From contig CAVUZH010000014.1 of the NCBI GenBank assembly GCA_963745835.1, positions 288,001-352,000 on the forward strand: a stretch of DNA of 64,000 nucleotides. Direction: 5' to 3'. The first letter of the stretch is position 1. Every line of letters starts with the position of its first letter. The stretch comes from an uncultured delta proteobacterium. Its GTDB lineage: Bacteria; Desulfobacterota; Binatia; UBA9968. The position numbers and the translations under genes were made by a program. The notes under the pieces are model-generated. The model saw nothing but the letters and a program-made list of their open reading frames with translations, ran no database searches and was not told the DNA's origin. Positions 19,980 through 29,684 of this stretch are shown here, in pieces.

Positions 19980-20438
19980 CTAATGCTGGGTAGCCTTTCT
20001 GAACTCGGTTTTTTCAAGTCCCGAGGAGGCGCGTTCGGCGATGTATCGGACATCTTCCTTCGTATGCTGTAGCGCATCCTCCGGCACTGGTTTTACCTCG
20101 GTAACTTTGCGCTTGCCAATGGTCAACGCAATCGCGCCGGCAACACAGTAGACCAACCCAACTATGCCCAGGCTGCCCCAGAGTGGTATCGGTGTGTAGG
20201 TTGAAACGAGAAATACGATCATGAGAGTCAACAAAATGAATCCCACAACCAGCAAAAAGCCGCCGATCCCGAGCGATACGCCCGCCTTAATGCCCTTGCT
20301 CATCTCTTGCTTAAGCTCAAGCTTGGCTGCAGCAATTTCTTTAGTTATCAAAGTCTGAGCATCCTGGAAAATTCCAGAAATCAATGATCCAAACGACTTG
20401 TTGTCGTTACGACTGCCAGTAGTTTCTAATCGATCCAT
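19980..20438 (-). CDS. Phage_holin_3_6/YhjD-like two-TM membrane protein
   Basis: SFGSLISGIFQDAQTLITKEIAAAKLEL, two TM helices, PVPEDALQHTKEDV; AAGGAG RBS. Confidence 0.85.
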   Translation of the reverse strand: MDRLETTGSRNDNKSFGSLISGIFQDAQTLITKEIAAAKLELKQEMSKGIKAGVSLGIGGFLLVVGFILLTLMIVFLVSTYTPIPLWGSLGIVGLVYCVAGAIALTIGKRKVTEVKPVPEDALQHTKEDVRYIAERASSGLEKTEFRKATQH

Positions 20439-20471
20439 ACACATCTCCTTTTTTTAACTGTCTAATTAACC

Positions 20472-20487
20472 GGCAACTTTTATGCCA
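20472..20487 (-). promoter_or_regulatory. sigma54 promoter motif
   Basis: TGGCATAAAAGTTGCC, about 34 nt upstream of the holin-like gene. Confidence 0.7.
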
Positions 20488-21251
20488 CATCATGGATAAA
20501 TCATCATCAAACGCGCACACGTCGGACGCAGGTAAAGCTGTCACCATCGCGGGACATAGGAAGGTCTTTTGTTTCACAATTGGAGCAAGCTCTTAGCTGA
20601 CCGATCGAACTCTCTTACGTACGTTCCATCAATATGCAAAGACAAGAAGGTTTACCGGAATCCGGATGAATTTGATCAGCGACCGAGAGTATGATGATTC
20701 ATTCTATTACTTGGACCACTCCTAATTGTATAAGATCAAGCATTTTTCTAGAGCAGACAACCGTCTCCGATTGTCCAAACCGATCCACCATCGGTGCAGG
20801 AGATCAGTTTTTCGCCCGAGTTTGTAGCGATACCGCTCAACAACCGAATCGCTGCGATACTCGATCATGAACCAGGCGATGTCCCAGAGCCAACTGAGCG
20901 TTTTCGAGTCACGCGCAATTTCACAATGCCTGGCAGAAAACGCGACAATTCCTGCCCAAGGATTCGCACCAAAGACAAGGCCACATCTGAGCGATTTGCC
21001 AGATCTCAAGCGCTGTTTTGAGACTCATGCACGTTGAGCTGCCGTAAAGCGGGCCTACGACATCGCCAAGAGAATCAACACCTCCGCGGCAACGACCGAC
21101 TCGGCAAAATCAATTCTCTTCGGTCAAGACGGGCGGTCGCAACGTCTGGATCACGCAAGATCCAGCCGAGCCGCGCTACGAGCGGCTTCGAGCCTGGACT
21201 CGTATGAGCACTTGAGCGATTATCGTTCGAACTAGAAGTTGGAGGTCGAAC

Positions 21252-21572
21252 ATGTGGTATATCGTCCTTTCCCGATCTTTGCCCGAAAAAGAAGCAGACA
21301 AGCAGAATCATTACGAGGAGGATCGGCTGTGGTTGGATGATCAACACAGGGCCGGAAGATTACTTTTTTCCGGCCCTACTACAGATGGGGGGTTCGGAAT
21401 TTATATTATGCTTGCATCGAGTCTCAGCGACGCAGAGAAAATCGCAGCTCAGGATCCGCACCATCTTCGAGGTATTCGCAAGATGCAAGTGTTGGAATGG
21501 CGAGCGCATCGCGCCTTCCGGCTAAACGGGCGAACTATCGAGGATCTAGAGCAAATTGCCAAGAACCATTAG
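21252..21572 (+). CDS. YciI-family protein
   Basis: GRLLFSGP..DG..GIYI..ASSLSDAEKIAAQDP; GGAGG RBS. Confidence 0.8.
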   Translation: MWYIVLSRSLPEKEADKQNHYEEDRLWLDDQHRAGRLLFSGPTTDGGFGIYIMLASSLSDAEKIAAQDPHHLRGIRKMQVLEWRAHRAFRLNGRTIEDLEQIAKNH

Positions 21573-21754
21573 CGCAATAGATCACCAAGATCCTCTGAAA
21601 AGCTACGGATACACTAGTCGAGAGACAACCGGTTTGGGCTCCAAGCAGTAAGGCAGGTTGCGAGCCGTTTCAGCAAGCTGTTCCTGGCGAGGCAAGTGCA
21701 TGTGAATCAATGTTCGTAACGCTATCGTTGGGGGAAGGCGGCGTCGAGAGTTTG

Positions 21755-24172
21755 TTAAACTGCACGCAAAGCTATGTTTTCAGCCGCTAAGCTATCGCTA
21801 ACCGCAATTGCAAGCTCGCTGCGCACTTCCATCCAGTCGTGTATGCGATCGGTCCAGGCGCGCAGCTCCAGTCCGAGCGAATCCGGCCCGAGTTTTACAA
21901 CCCATGCCTTGGGAGGAGGGTCGCGGCTAATAAGCGGATGTTCGTTGGCCGCGCGCTCAAGTAAGGCGATGATTCGGCGCGGATCGGCGATTTGTGCCAC
22001 CGCCAATTGCAGCTCAATACTGCGCCGACGATTTGAAAACGTCCAGTTGACGACCCGCTCTGATATCAATTTGCCATTGGGAACGATCACCTCGGCGCCG
22101 GCCGGTGTGCCGATAATGCTCGCGCGAATACCAATCCTTTGAACCACCCCCGAGGCGTCATCGATCTGCACGATATCGCCGACGTTAACCGGCCGCTCAA
22201 ACAACAAAATGAGACCCGAGACAAAATTATTAAAGATGTTCTGCAAGCCAAAGCCGACACCGACGCTGAAAGCGCCGGCAAGTATCGTAACTTTCGTCAT
22301 ATCCACGCCTAACGCCGCTACCCCTGCAAAAAATCCAACCAGCACAATGGCATAGTTGATCATAGTGGAAATCGCATAAGGCAAACCGCGAGTCAGATGA
22401 ACTCGTGGAAATACCTCTTCATCAAGAACAAAACGAACGAAGCGCGAGACCAGAAGAGCTGCCCAAACCGTGGCGCCAAAAACAACTATGTCGCCCAGCG
22501 AAATTCGCAGCGAGCCGACAACTAATCGTTCGGTCATAAAGTCACTGATCGCGCTGAACAAACGGTCGCGTAACAACAGGCGATTGAGGATGTGAAGAAC
22601 CCACAGTAGGACCGCCGTCCATTGTAGAATCCGATAAATTCGACGGCGAAGCAGTGCGCCATGCTTGGAGATGATACGGAGCATTCGGAGCGGTCGCAGA
22701 CTGAACGCGATCATCACGAGGCTATCAATCAACTCGACGATGGCATAAAGAATCAGCGCAAAGTAGCCGCTGCTCAGAAGCGCATTTCCGAGAAGGCTAG
22801 CGAGCGTCATATATCCGGTGGCGTTGGCGATGAAAGCCGCCGCGGCCATTATCAAAGCCAGACTCGCCGCGACCTTGACGATCTTGCTCAGTCGACCAAA
22901 GCTGGTGTTCTGAATACCCAGCCGATCGACAGAGCGAAGCAGCCAAACCAGAAACGCCATCAACCCCAACGTTTCGCCGAGCAAAAGCAGGCGAGCCGCA
23001 AGTTCTTCGGCAACAAGAATCGCGCGGACCTGATCGACAACATAAAATGTTGCGAGACCGAACAGCGCTGGATAAAGATCGCGTGCGATAAGCCTGCGTA
23101 AGATGATTGCGGTGGGGATCAGAGCCAGTGTCCCGAGACACGCCCAGAACAAACGCGGCGCCTGCGGATAGATCCAGCGGCTGAAAAACATTGAAAGGAG
23201 GAAAGCGGCGGCAATCGGTGTTTCACAGACAATGGCTGAACAGCCGATCCCGACATCTTCTAGCCGCGGCTCGACTCGTCGGCGCAACCATAGAAAGCCC
23301 GCGGCTATACCGATAAAAATTCCGGCATGAATCAGAAAGGACGGTGTCTGGCGCGCCGCATAGGCGCTCAGTGCTTGCCATTGGGCCGCAATCGAAGTGC
23401 TACTCTCCGTTCGAAGCTCGTGGGTGCTGTCCAAACCTAGTTCGATGCTCCAAATCGGTTCGCTGTCCGGCGTAAAAAGACGGTCCAGCGCATTTTCGCG
23501 TGCCTTTTCGATCAAAGCTAGGGCGTCGGCGATGCGACCATCTTGAGCAGCCACCCGATTTTGTAAGCTCAAGGCGCGTCCGCTGTAACCCTCAATGTCT
23601 TTGCGCGCCTTTTCAGTTTCAGTGAGAACGGCCTGAATTCGACCGAGAACTTCCGCGGGAACATTTGCGAGCTTAGCCGCCTCGAGAGTTTCTCGCCAAA
23701 CTTTACCAAGTTCGTCGAGTTCGGCTATCTCGCTTTCGAGCCGGCTCAGGTAGCCGGTTAGTTGCCGGTTCCAGGCGGCGAGATTGCGCCGCAACGGTCG
23801 CCATTCCGACTCCAGGTAGCTAAGCGTCTGGATCGACGGTCGCTGCGCCAAGATCCTGCGGGTCTGACGAAGACGCGCATCGATCTCACGAGTCAATAGC
23901 GGAAACTGCTGCACCACCGCCGGCATCGTTCGGCTATCAGGAGCCTCGGCCATCCGTTCACGCACTCGCGCCAGGGCTGCCTCGGCTTCTCTGGCTATGT
24001 CGGGCAATGGAATCGCTGCCGGGCTCGCTACTGCGGTAGCAGAGTCTGTCCCTGCAACAGAGTGCGAAGTGGTAGCTGGCTGGCCGCGTTCAGCAAGAGC
24101 CCCCACCAGTATAGCGGCGACCACGCCGCCTGCCAGCAACTTTCGAAGTTTTCCCCTAGATTGAATTCGCAT
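21755..24172 (-). CDS. MscS/MscK-like mechanosensitive channel with periplasmic coiled coil
   Basis: GVGFGLQNIFNNFVSGLILLFERPVNVGD, VIVPNGKLISERVVNWT. Confidence 0.93.
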   Translation of the reverse strand: MRIQSRGKLRKLLAGGVVAAILVGALAERGQPATTSHSVAGTDSATAVASPAAIPLPDIAREAEAALARVRERMAEAPDSRTMPAVVQQFPLLTREIDARLRQTRRILAQRPSIQTLSYLESEWRPLRRNLAAWNRQLTGYLSRLESEIAELDELGKVWRETLEAAKLANVPAEVLGRIQAVLTETEKARKDIEGYSGRALSLQNRVAAQDGRIADALALIEKARENALDRLFTPDSEPIWSIELGLDSTHELRTESSTSIAAQWQALSAYAARQTPSFLIHAGIFIGIAAGFLWLRRRVEPRLEDVGIGCSAIVCETPIAAAFLLSMFFSRWIYPQAPRLFWACLGTLALIPTAIILRRLIARDLYPALFGLATFYVVDQVRAILVAEELAARLLLLGETLGLMAFLVWLLRSVDRLGIQNTSFGRLSKIVKVAASLALIMAAAAFIANATGYMTLASLLGNALLSSGYFALILYAIVELIDSLVMIAFSLRPLRMLRIISKHGALLRRRIYRILQWTAVLLWVLHILNRLLLRDRLFSAISDFMTERLVVGSLRISLGDIVVFGATVWAALLVSRFVRFVLDEEVFPRVHLTRGLPYAISTMINYAIVLVGFFAGVAALGVDMTKVTILAGAFSVGVGFGLQNIFNNFVSGLILLFERPVNVGDIVQIDDASGVVQRIGIRASIIGTPAGAEVIVPNGKLISERVVNWTFSNRRRSIELQLAVAQIADPRRIIALLERAANEHPLISRDPPPKAWVVKLGPDSLGLELRAWTDRIHDWMEVRSELAIAVSDSLAAENIALRAV

Positions 24173-24255
24173 AGGATGTCGGTCAGCGCATTTGCAACGG
24201 CAGATGCGAGCCTCTCCTTTTACACACGTTTGCTGTTCGGAATTGCGATTACGGA

Positions 24256-25215
24256 TTAATGGTCGCTTCCGATCTGCAAAACGATCTTTCCTCTTCCGTG
24301 ATGTGAATCGAGGCGGTCATGGGCCTTACCGACCTCCTGCAGACGAAGCACCGTGTCGATGACGGCACGAACCTGCTTTCTTTCAAATAGTGGCCGCATC
24401 TCCTCCAAGCGCCGGCGCTCGCGCATCAAGAAGGTGCCGTGCAACGTGATGTTTTTCTGATAAAGCAGAGACAGATCACCTTGCGGCGGCAAGACACAGG
24501 CGACCCGACCGAACGGTCGGACCGCAGGCAAACAACGGGCTACAATATCGATTCCTTCAATGTCAAATGCGGCATCTGCGCCATAGCCATAGGTTTCCCG
24601 AAGCGTCATCTCGGCCGCATCATCTTTGCGATAATCAATGGTCACGTCAGCGCCCAACTCTCTTAGAAAGTTTTGATTGTCAGCGCTCGCGCTGGCCAGA
24701 ACTCTCGCCCCTGCGGCTTTGGCAAATTGAACTGCAAAGGAACCGACCCCTCCCGCGCCGCCATGAATCAGAATGGTTTCGCCGGGCCGAACCGCTAACC
24801 TGCGGACTACCGCCTCCCAAGCCGTCCCCCCGGCAAGCGGAATCGCACTGGCTTCGACAAATGACAAACCGGTCGGTTTGCGCGCGACGATCGCAGCGGA
24901 TGCGACATTGTAATCGGCGTAACTCCCATGTGGGTTGCCAATGATTTCCGGAGTGTAGTAGACCTCGTCGCCTATTTTGAAATCGCTTATGCCGTGTCCA
25001 ACCTCTTCCACGATGCCGGCAACGTCATAGCCTAGAATCACGGGCGGATCTAATTTGGCCCAACCACCATCCGCTCGCAGCTTTGCGTCAACGGGATTGA
25101 CCGCCGAAGCTACAACACGGACCAGAACTTCGCCACAGCCGGGTTCAGGGCGCTCTAATTCGTGCATTTCAAACAGATTCGATCCCCCGAACCGTGGCAG
25201 AACCATTGCGCGCAT
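24256..25215 (-). CDS. MDR-family NADPH:quinone oxidoreductase-like protein
   Basis: VNPVD, ILGYDVAG, HGGAGGVG, GRGKIVL. Confidence 0.9.
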   Translation of the reverse strand: MRAMVLPRFGGSNLFEMHELERPEPGCGEVLVRVVASAVNPVDAKLRADGGWAKLDPPVILGYDVAGIVEEVGHGISDFKIGDEVYYTPEIIGNPHGSYADYNVASAAIVARKPTGLSFVEASAIPLAGGTAWEAVVRRLAVRPGETILIHGGAGGVGSFAVQFAKAAGARVLASASADNQNFLRELGADVTIDYRKDDAAEMTLRETYGYGADAAFDIEGIDIVARCLPAVRPFGRVACVLPPQGDLSLLYQKNITLHGTFLMRERRRLEEMRPLFERKQVRAVIDTVLRLQEVGKAHDRLDSHHGRGKIVLQIGSDH

Positions 25216-25488
25216 GTTCGATCCTTTCAATTGAAGGCGTTGCGAAGCCGATGAACGATGCTTGCTAAAACTGGAGTTGTCTTAATTATAGCAAGAGCAA
25301 TTAGCGCAATCGATGTACCATGCAGCTCAACACGGAGTGCGACCTATTCTTTAGCAATGATTCATCGTCCCAAGGATCTCAATATCGAGACACGACGGGG
25401 CAGTCCTTATCATGTATGGAATCGACGTATTCGCATCAAACGAATCACCACTGCGCGCTTGGTCTATGCTCGTTTAGATAGGTACCCA

Positions 25489-25504
25489 TGGCATGCACGT
25501 TGCT
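25489..25504 (+). promoter_or_regulatory. sigma54 promoter motif
   Basis: TGGCATGCACGTTGCT, about 28 nt before the cytochrome c start. Confidence 0.7.
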
Positions 25505-25531
25505 CAGTCATTGATATAAGGAGGAGGGTAG

Positions 25532-25957
25532 GTGACGAAAATATTTCTAACTTTAGCGTTTAGCTTGATGACTTGGTGGCTGGCAACCGCCGCTGACCGC
25601 AACAACAAGGCCGGCAACATCGAGGATGGAATCTCCCGCGGGAAATACCTCGTCGAGCGGGTGGCGATGTGCATTCAGTGTCACACGCCTCGTAATCAGA
25701 CGGGGGAGTTGCTTGAAACCCGATATCTACAGGGCGGGCCGGTTCCGGTTTCAGCGCCGCCCAACTTCAGGATCGATTGGGCGTATAAGGCTCCAGCGAT
25801 AGCCGGACTACCCGGCTATACGATTCAAGATGGTATCAAATTATTAACTGAAGGAATTACACCGGACGGGAGAGTCCCCAAAGCCCCTATGCCCAGGTTT
25901 CGATTAACGCGAGCCGACGCTGAAGCTATCGTCACCTATTTGAAATCGCTTTCCTAA
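25532..25957 (+). CDS. Monoheme c-type cytochrome
   Basis: Signal peptide, RGKYLV, CIQCH, PMP axial Met; GGAGG RBS, GTG start. Confidence 0.9.
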   Translation: MTKIFLTLAFSLMTWWLATAADRNNKAGNIEDGISRGKYLVERVAMCIQCHTPRNQTGELLETRYLQGGPVPVSAPPNFRIDWAYKAPAIAGLPGYTIQDGIKLLTEGITPDGRVPKAPMPRFRLTRADAEAIVTYLKSLS

Positions 25958-26270
25958 ACATATCCCGTTCCTGTCGTGTGTCTACTCTTATACATTCCCG
26001 TATTAGAAAAGGCAGCGCGATTCGAGATCGGCGTCCGACTTTCGTTGAAAATTTCGCGGTTAATCGACATGTGCACCCATACCAGCGGGAACACCGGCTA
26101 CCTGGTTCGCCCAGATTAAACGGCGAGATCGCGGTATTTGACTATAAACCGGCTACGATCGGCGAGTTCGTGTTTAAAGCCAGAGGCCGGCGGATTAAAC
26201 CGGTAAGTGGTCGCCGACACCTTGTGGTGAGCAGAGGGTTTTCCGGAATAGTCCAATGCGCGGGATCGTT

Positions 26271-26504
26271 CTAGCTACGCCCGGGCAGCTGCTGTACCAT
26301 CAAGCCGAGTTCGGCGGTCTCGAGTCCGATCCTTCGCGCTTCCAAATAACAAGCATGGCATACCACCATGTCGAGTAGCCTCATGCCATCCTCTTCGCTT
26401 AGTACGCGATAAGCATTGCCCGTCAGAGGCCCTTCACAATGGTCACAGAGTATTTCGTTCACGGATAATCGCTCGCTTGTGATATCCCACAGTTGGGAAG
26501 TCAT
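26271..26504 (-). CDS. Small CxxC-x25-CxxC zinc-ribbon-like protein
   Basis: CDHC...CHAC; sigma54-like TGGAGGACCAATTGCT at 26520-26535. Confidence 0.6.
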   Translation of the reverse strand: MTSQLWDITSERLSVNEILCDHCEGPLTGNAYRVLSEEDGMRLLDMVVCHACYLEARRIGLETAELGLMVQQLPGRS

Positions 26505-26659
26505 GCATGAATACTAGGAAGCAATTGGTCCTCCACTAGTGACGTGCTTGTTTCAAAATCCTAGAGAGACTTTAGTAATTACATTGACGCAACTAACGTT
26601 GATCTCATTCCTGCAATATCAATGATTCGTAATGAGGCTAACCAACGATCAAGGATCAG

Positions 26660-26923
26660 TCACGTCTCAACGCCTGTATCAGCAGTTTTAGCCTTACCGG
26701 CATTCTCCCGAAGTCTATTGTCAACCCATTTTTTCGCTTCTTGGATGATATGGGTTTCGGCGCGCTTCTGGGTTTTGAACGTGTCCTTCGGACCGGTGAT
26801 GAGAACGTCACGAAAGGTTATGTGTTGGTTGAATTGGATATGCGCTCTTACATTCCAGAAGCGCGACTCAGAGTCAAAGTCAGCTTTTACAAGAATCAGG
26901 TGATTGCGGTAACGTGCGGCCAT
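26660..26923 (-). CDS. Small hypothetical protein
   Basis: AAGGA RBS; beta-beta-beta-alpha pattern ending FKTQKRAE...AKKWVD. Confidence 0.65.
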   Translation of the reverse strand: MAARYRNHLILVKADFDSESRFWNVRAHIQFNQHITFRDVLITGPKDTFKTQKRAETHIIQEAKKWVDNRLRENAGKAKTADTGVET

Positions 26924-27475
26924 GCTTATCCTTTCGTGATCGCTCGTGGCTAGAATAGCTTCTATCTACACTATTAGCTACTTCCCGGCTACAGAAAAGC
27001 AGAACGTACAAACCCTAATAATGTGAAAACCCAATGAGCCAATGACTTGCCACGATAAACACGGCGGACTTGCTCTAGTGTTGATGGACGCCATAGCCAT
27101 CTGCTTATCCCCGTATCAAGCTTATCGACGTATAAACCCGATAAATCCGTTCTACCAGCGTGAGCAGGCGAGATTGCCGCTTGGCGGCCGCAGGAGGAGT
27201 GCCTGCTGCTCGAAATACTAACAATAGAGCGCTACAAAGCAGGCACAAAGGTTGCACCCCTGTAACCTTGCTCAGTGTCTCTAGACGCAATAAAGAGACT
27301 GCAATCCGGTTCGTACATCGGAGTCGTTCTGTGCTCAGTGCCAGCCGACGTCTGCTTTGTATTCTGGTTCAGCGGTCCTGATTGACGTAGGCCCCAGTAG
27401 AGGCCGAGCTGAGTTGTTCCATTAGGAGATTTCAACGAGAAGCATCGGTCATCGCTAATCACCTAAGCTAACGGC

Positions 27476-29134
27476 ATGTACGAACAGCACTTTGGATTTC
27501 GCGAATCGCCCTTCAGCATAACTCCTGATCCACGATTTTTTTACGCCAATTCCGTTTATCTGGAGGCGTATGCAAACCTTCGCTATGGTATCGAAGCAAA
27601 AAAGGGGTTCATTGCGGTTACCGGGGAGGTAGGAACCGGAAAAACAACGCTGTTACGTAAGCTGATGCTCAGCTTAGACAAGACGATCCAGACGGTGCTG
27701 GTTTTCAATACTGATGTTACTTTCAATGAGCTGCTCCGGGTAATTTCGCGTGAGCTCGGCTTACAAACGGCCGGAAAAGACCGGCTTGGCATGATAGAGG
27801 CACTAAACGACTATCTGATCGAACAACTTGAGCATGGCCGAACCGTCTGCATGCTCATAGATGAAGTTCAGAATTTGAGCGACGAATCGTTGGAGGGATT
27901 GCGGCTGCTGTCGAATCTCGAAACAGATCGCCAAAAGCTTCTTCAGATCGTCCTAATGGGTCAACCTGAACTTCAGGCCAAACTCGATCAGTCACACCTG
28001 AGGCAGCTCAAACAGCGAATCGCAATTCGGTCGGAACTCGCTCGGTTGCGAGATGACGAGGTAGGTTCTTACATCAATTTTCGGATCCGGGTGGCCGGCT
28101 GTGACAATCCTGAGCTATTCCACAGTGACGCCGTTGAGAAAATTGCGTTCTATTCAAAGGGCATTCCACGGCTAATCAATGTAATTTGTGATAATGCTTT
28201 AGTGATAGCGTTTGCTGGTTCGGAGAAATATGTTTCTCCAGAGGTTATCGGCGAAGTGGTTCGCGATCTACGGATCGCCCCGGAGAACCAGCTTATCGAT
28301 GACCAAACCAACCAGCTTATCCCTAACCAAACCGACCGCGCCCGGGGCGTTGCAGAACCAGCTGCGAGCGCCGAAATACCCTCGAGCGAAACGACAGTTC
28401 CGATCTCCAAGCGCAAGCCGATAGGTACGTTAGCAGCCGCTGCCGCCGCTTCTTTAGCGATCGCCATCCTACTCGGATTTGCTTCCTTCACCGATCCTGG
28501 AAAGTTTTTCACAGGCGCTAGTGAGTCTCTAAACGGATATCAGAAAAATTTAGCCGAGTGGGCTTTACTGGTAACCGGCCAACATGCCAACCAGCCTAAA
28601 AGGATGAACGTGAAAATAGCCGATACGCGACAGCAAACCGCCGAAATTAGTGGCAAATCGAATGATCATCGGCTAACGATTCAAAACGGCTCGACGGTTT
28701 TTCAAATCGCCACTGACGCATATGGCAGTAGGAGCGCGATACTGGGTATTGACCTTATTAAAGAGTTCAACCCGGACATTGCCAATCTAAACTGGATTAA
28801 TGCCGGACAGGACCTTTTACTACCTGCGCTGAATGAGGAAACATTGTTGCGTCAGCAGCCGGACGGTTCTTTCCGTCTCATCGTGGCATCGTTTCTGTCC
28901 CGCAGAGAAGCCGAGGAATTCGCTGAGCGGATTGTGCGGGATGGTTTTCCAGTGGTCGTCACAGTTCGACCGGTCTCGAATAACCTGGTGTTGCACCGGC
29001 TCGAGATAAATGGATTGAAGAATCGCGAAGACGCTAAGCAACCCATCCAGATCGGCTTCACAAACCGTTGGCTACGATTCACTCCAACACCGACAATCGA
29101 AACTCAAGCAAATCAAACAATATCGGGCTATTAG
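27476..29134 (+). CDS. ExeA-family AAA ATPase with TM, LysM-like and SPOR domains
   Basis: GEVGTGKTT, MLIDEVQ; LysM-like TIQNGSTVFQIA...FNPDIANLNWINAGQDLLLP; SPOR FRLIVASFLSRREAEEFAERI. Confidence 0.88.
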   Translation: MYEQHFGFRESPFSITPDPRFFYANSVYLEAYANLRYGIEAKKGFIAVTGEVGTGKTTLLRKLMLSLDKTIQTVLVFNTDVTFNELLRVISRELGLQTAGKDRLGMIEALNDYLIEQLEHGRTVCMLIDEVQNLSDESLEGLRLLSNLETDRQKLLQIVLMGQPELQAKLDQSHLRQLKQRIAIRSELARLRDDEVGSYINFRIRVAGCDNPELFHSDAVEKIAFYSKGIPRLINVICDNALVIAFAGSEKYVSPEVIGEVVRDLRIAPENQLIDDQTNQLIPNQTDRARGVAEPAASAEIPSSETTVPISKRKPIGTLAAAAAASLAIAILLGFASFTDPGKFFTGASESLNGYQKNLAEWALLVTGQHANQPKRMNVKIADTRQQTAEISGKSNDHRLTIQNGSTVFQIATDAYGSRSAILGIDLIKEFNPDIANLNWINAGQDLLLPALNEETLLRQQPDGSFRLIVASFLSRREAEEFAERIVRDGFPVVVTVRPVSNNLVLHRLEINGLKNREDAKQPIQIGFTNRWLRFTPTPTIETQANQTISGY

Positions 29135-29684
29135 CCTGCGGCTGCCGAGGATTCTCCGTAGCCACCCTTCTCGCCAATCACCCAGTTCTGTCACATCCCC
29201 AGGGTTCTAAACCACAAAACACGAACCACCTCTCAACGATCATCCTGGTTGCCTCAATACCTCGTAGCTGTGCTTCCACGCACGGTATTAACACACCGAC
29301 ATGAATCCGGCATAACGGCGAGTTGCTGATCGCCGATGCTCATCAATTGTTACGAGTGAGTCCAGGTAGACGCTGAGGCGTTTGAACTGTGGGCCTACTG
29401 CACCTGCATGCACCTCGGGCTTTTGAATCTCAGGTGAAGGCTCCCAAAAACATTCTTGACAACCGTCGCAACAGTGTGCGAACAATGTCTTGCTGTTTTA
29501 TTACGACCCCGATTGCGCCGAGATTATAAAATGATATTAAACCTCTAAGCCGACGAAGAGAGCATTCGCTTGTCGATCGGCGAGCAGATCGCTGAAAAAT
29601 GTTAGCGCAGCTCCGATTATCAGTATAAAGGCCCTGAGCGCTTAGGTCTTAAAGTCACCGTACCGGATTGGCATCGGCCTTTTT

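Noticed and set aside
19980-20438. Prophage lysis cassette inferred from the 'holin' family label
   Set aside because: No endolysin or phage genes nearby; this family is a common chromosomal stress-associated membrane protein
20722-21250. Short ORFs between the holin-like gene and yciI
   Set aside because: No RBS or recognisable motif; probably decayed sequence
29288-29485. CCxxCxxC ORF or decayed TPR between the ExeA paralogs
   Set aside because: No RBS, TTG start, no convincing motif continuity
11200-29625. sigma28-like -10 boxes before the three ExeA genes (GCCGATAG, CCCGATAA, TCCGATTA)
   Set aside because: -35 elements or spacing are inconsistent, so not supportable without a PWM scan
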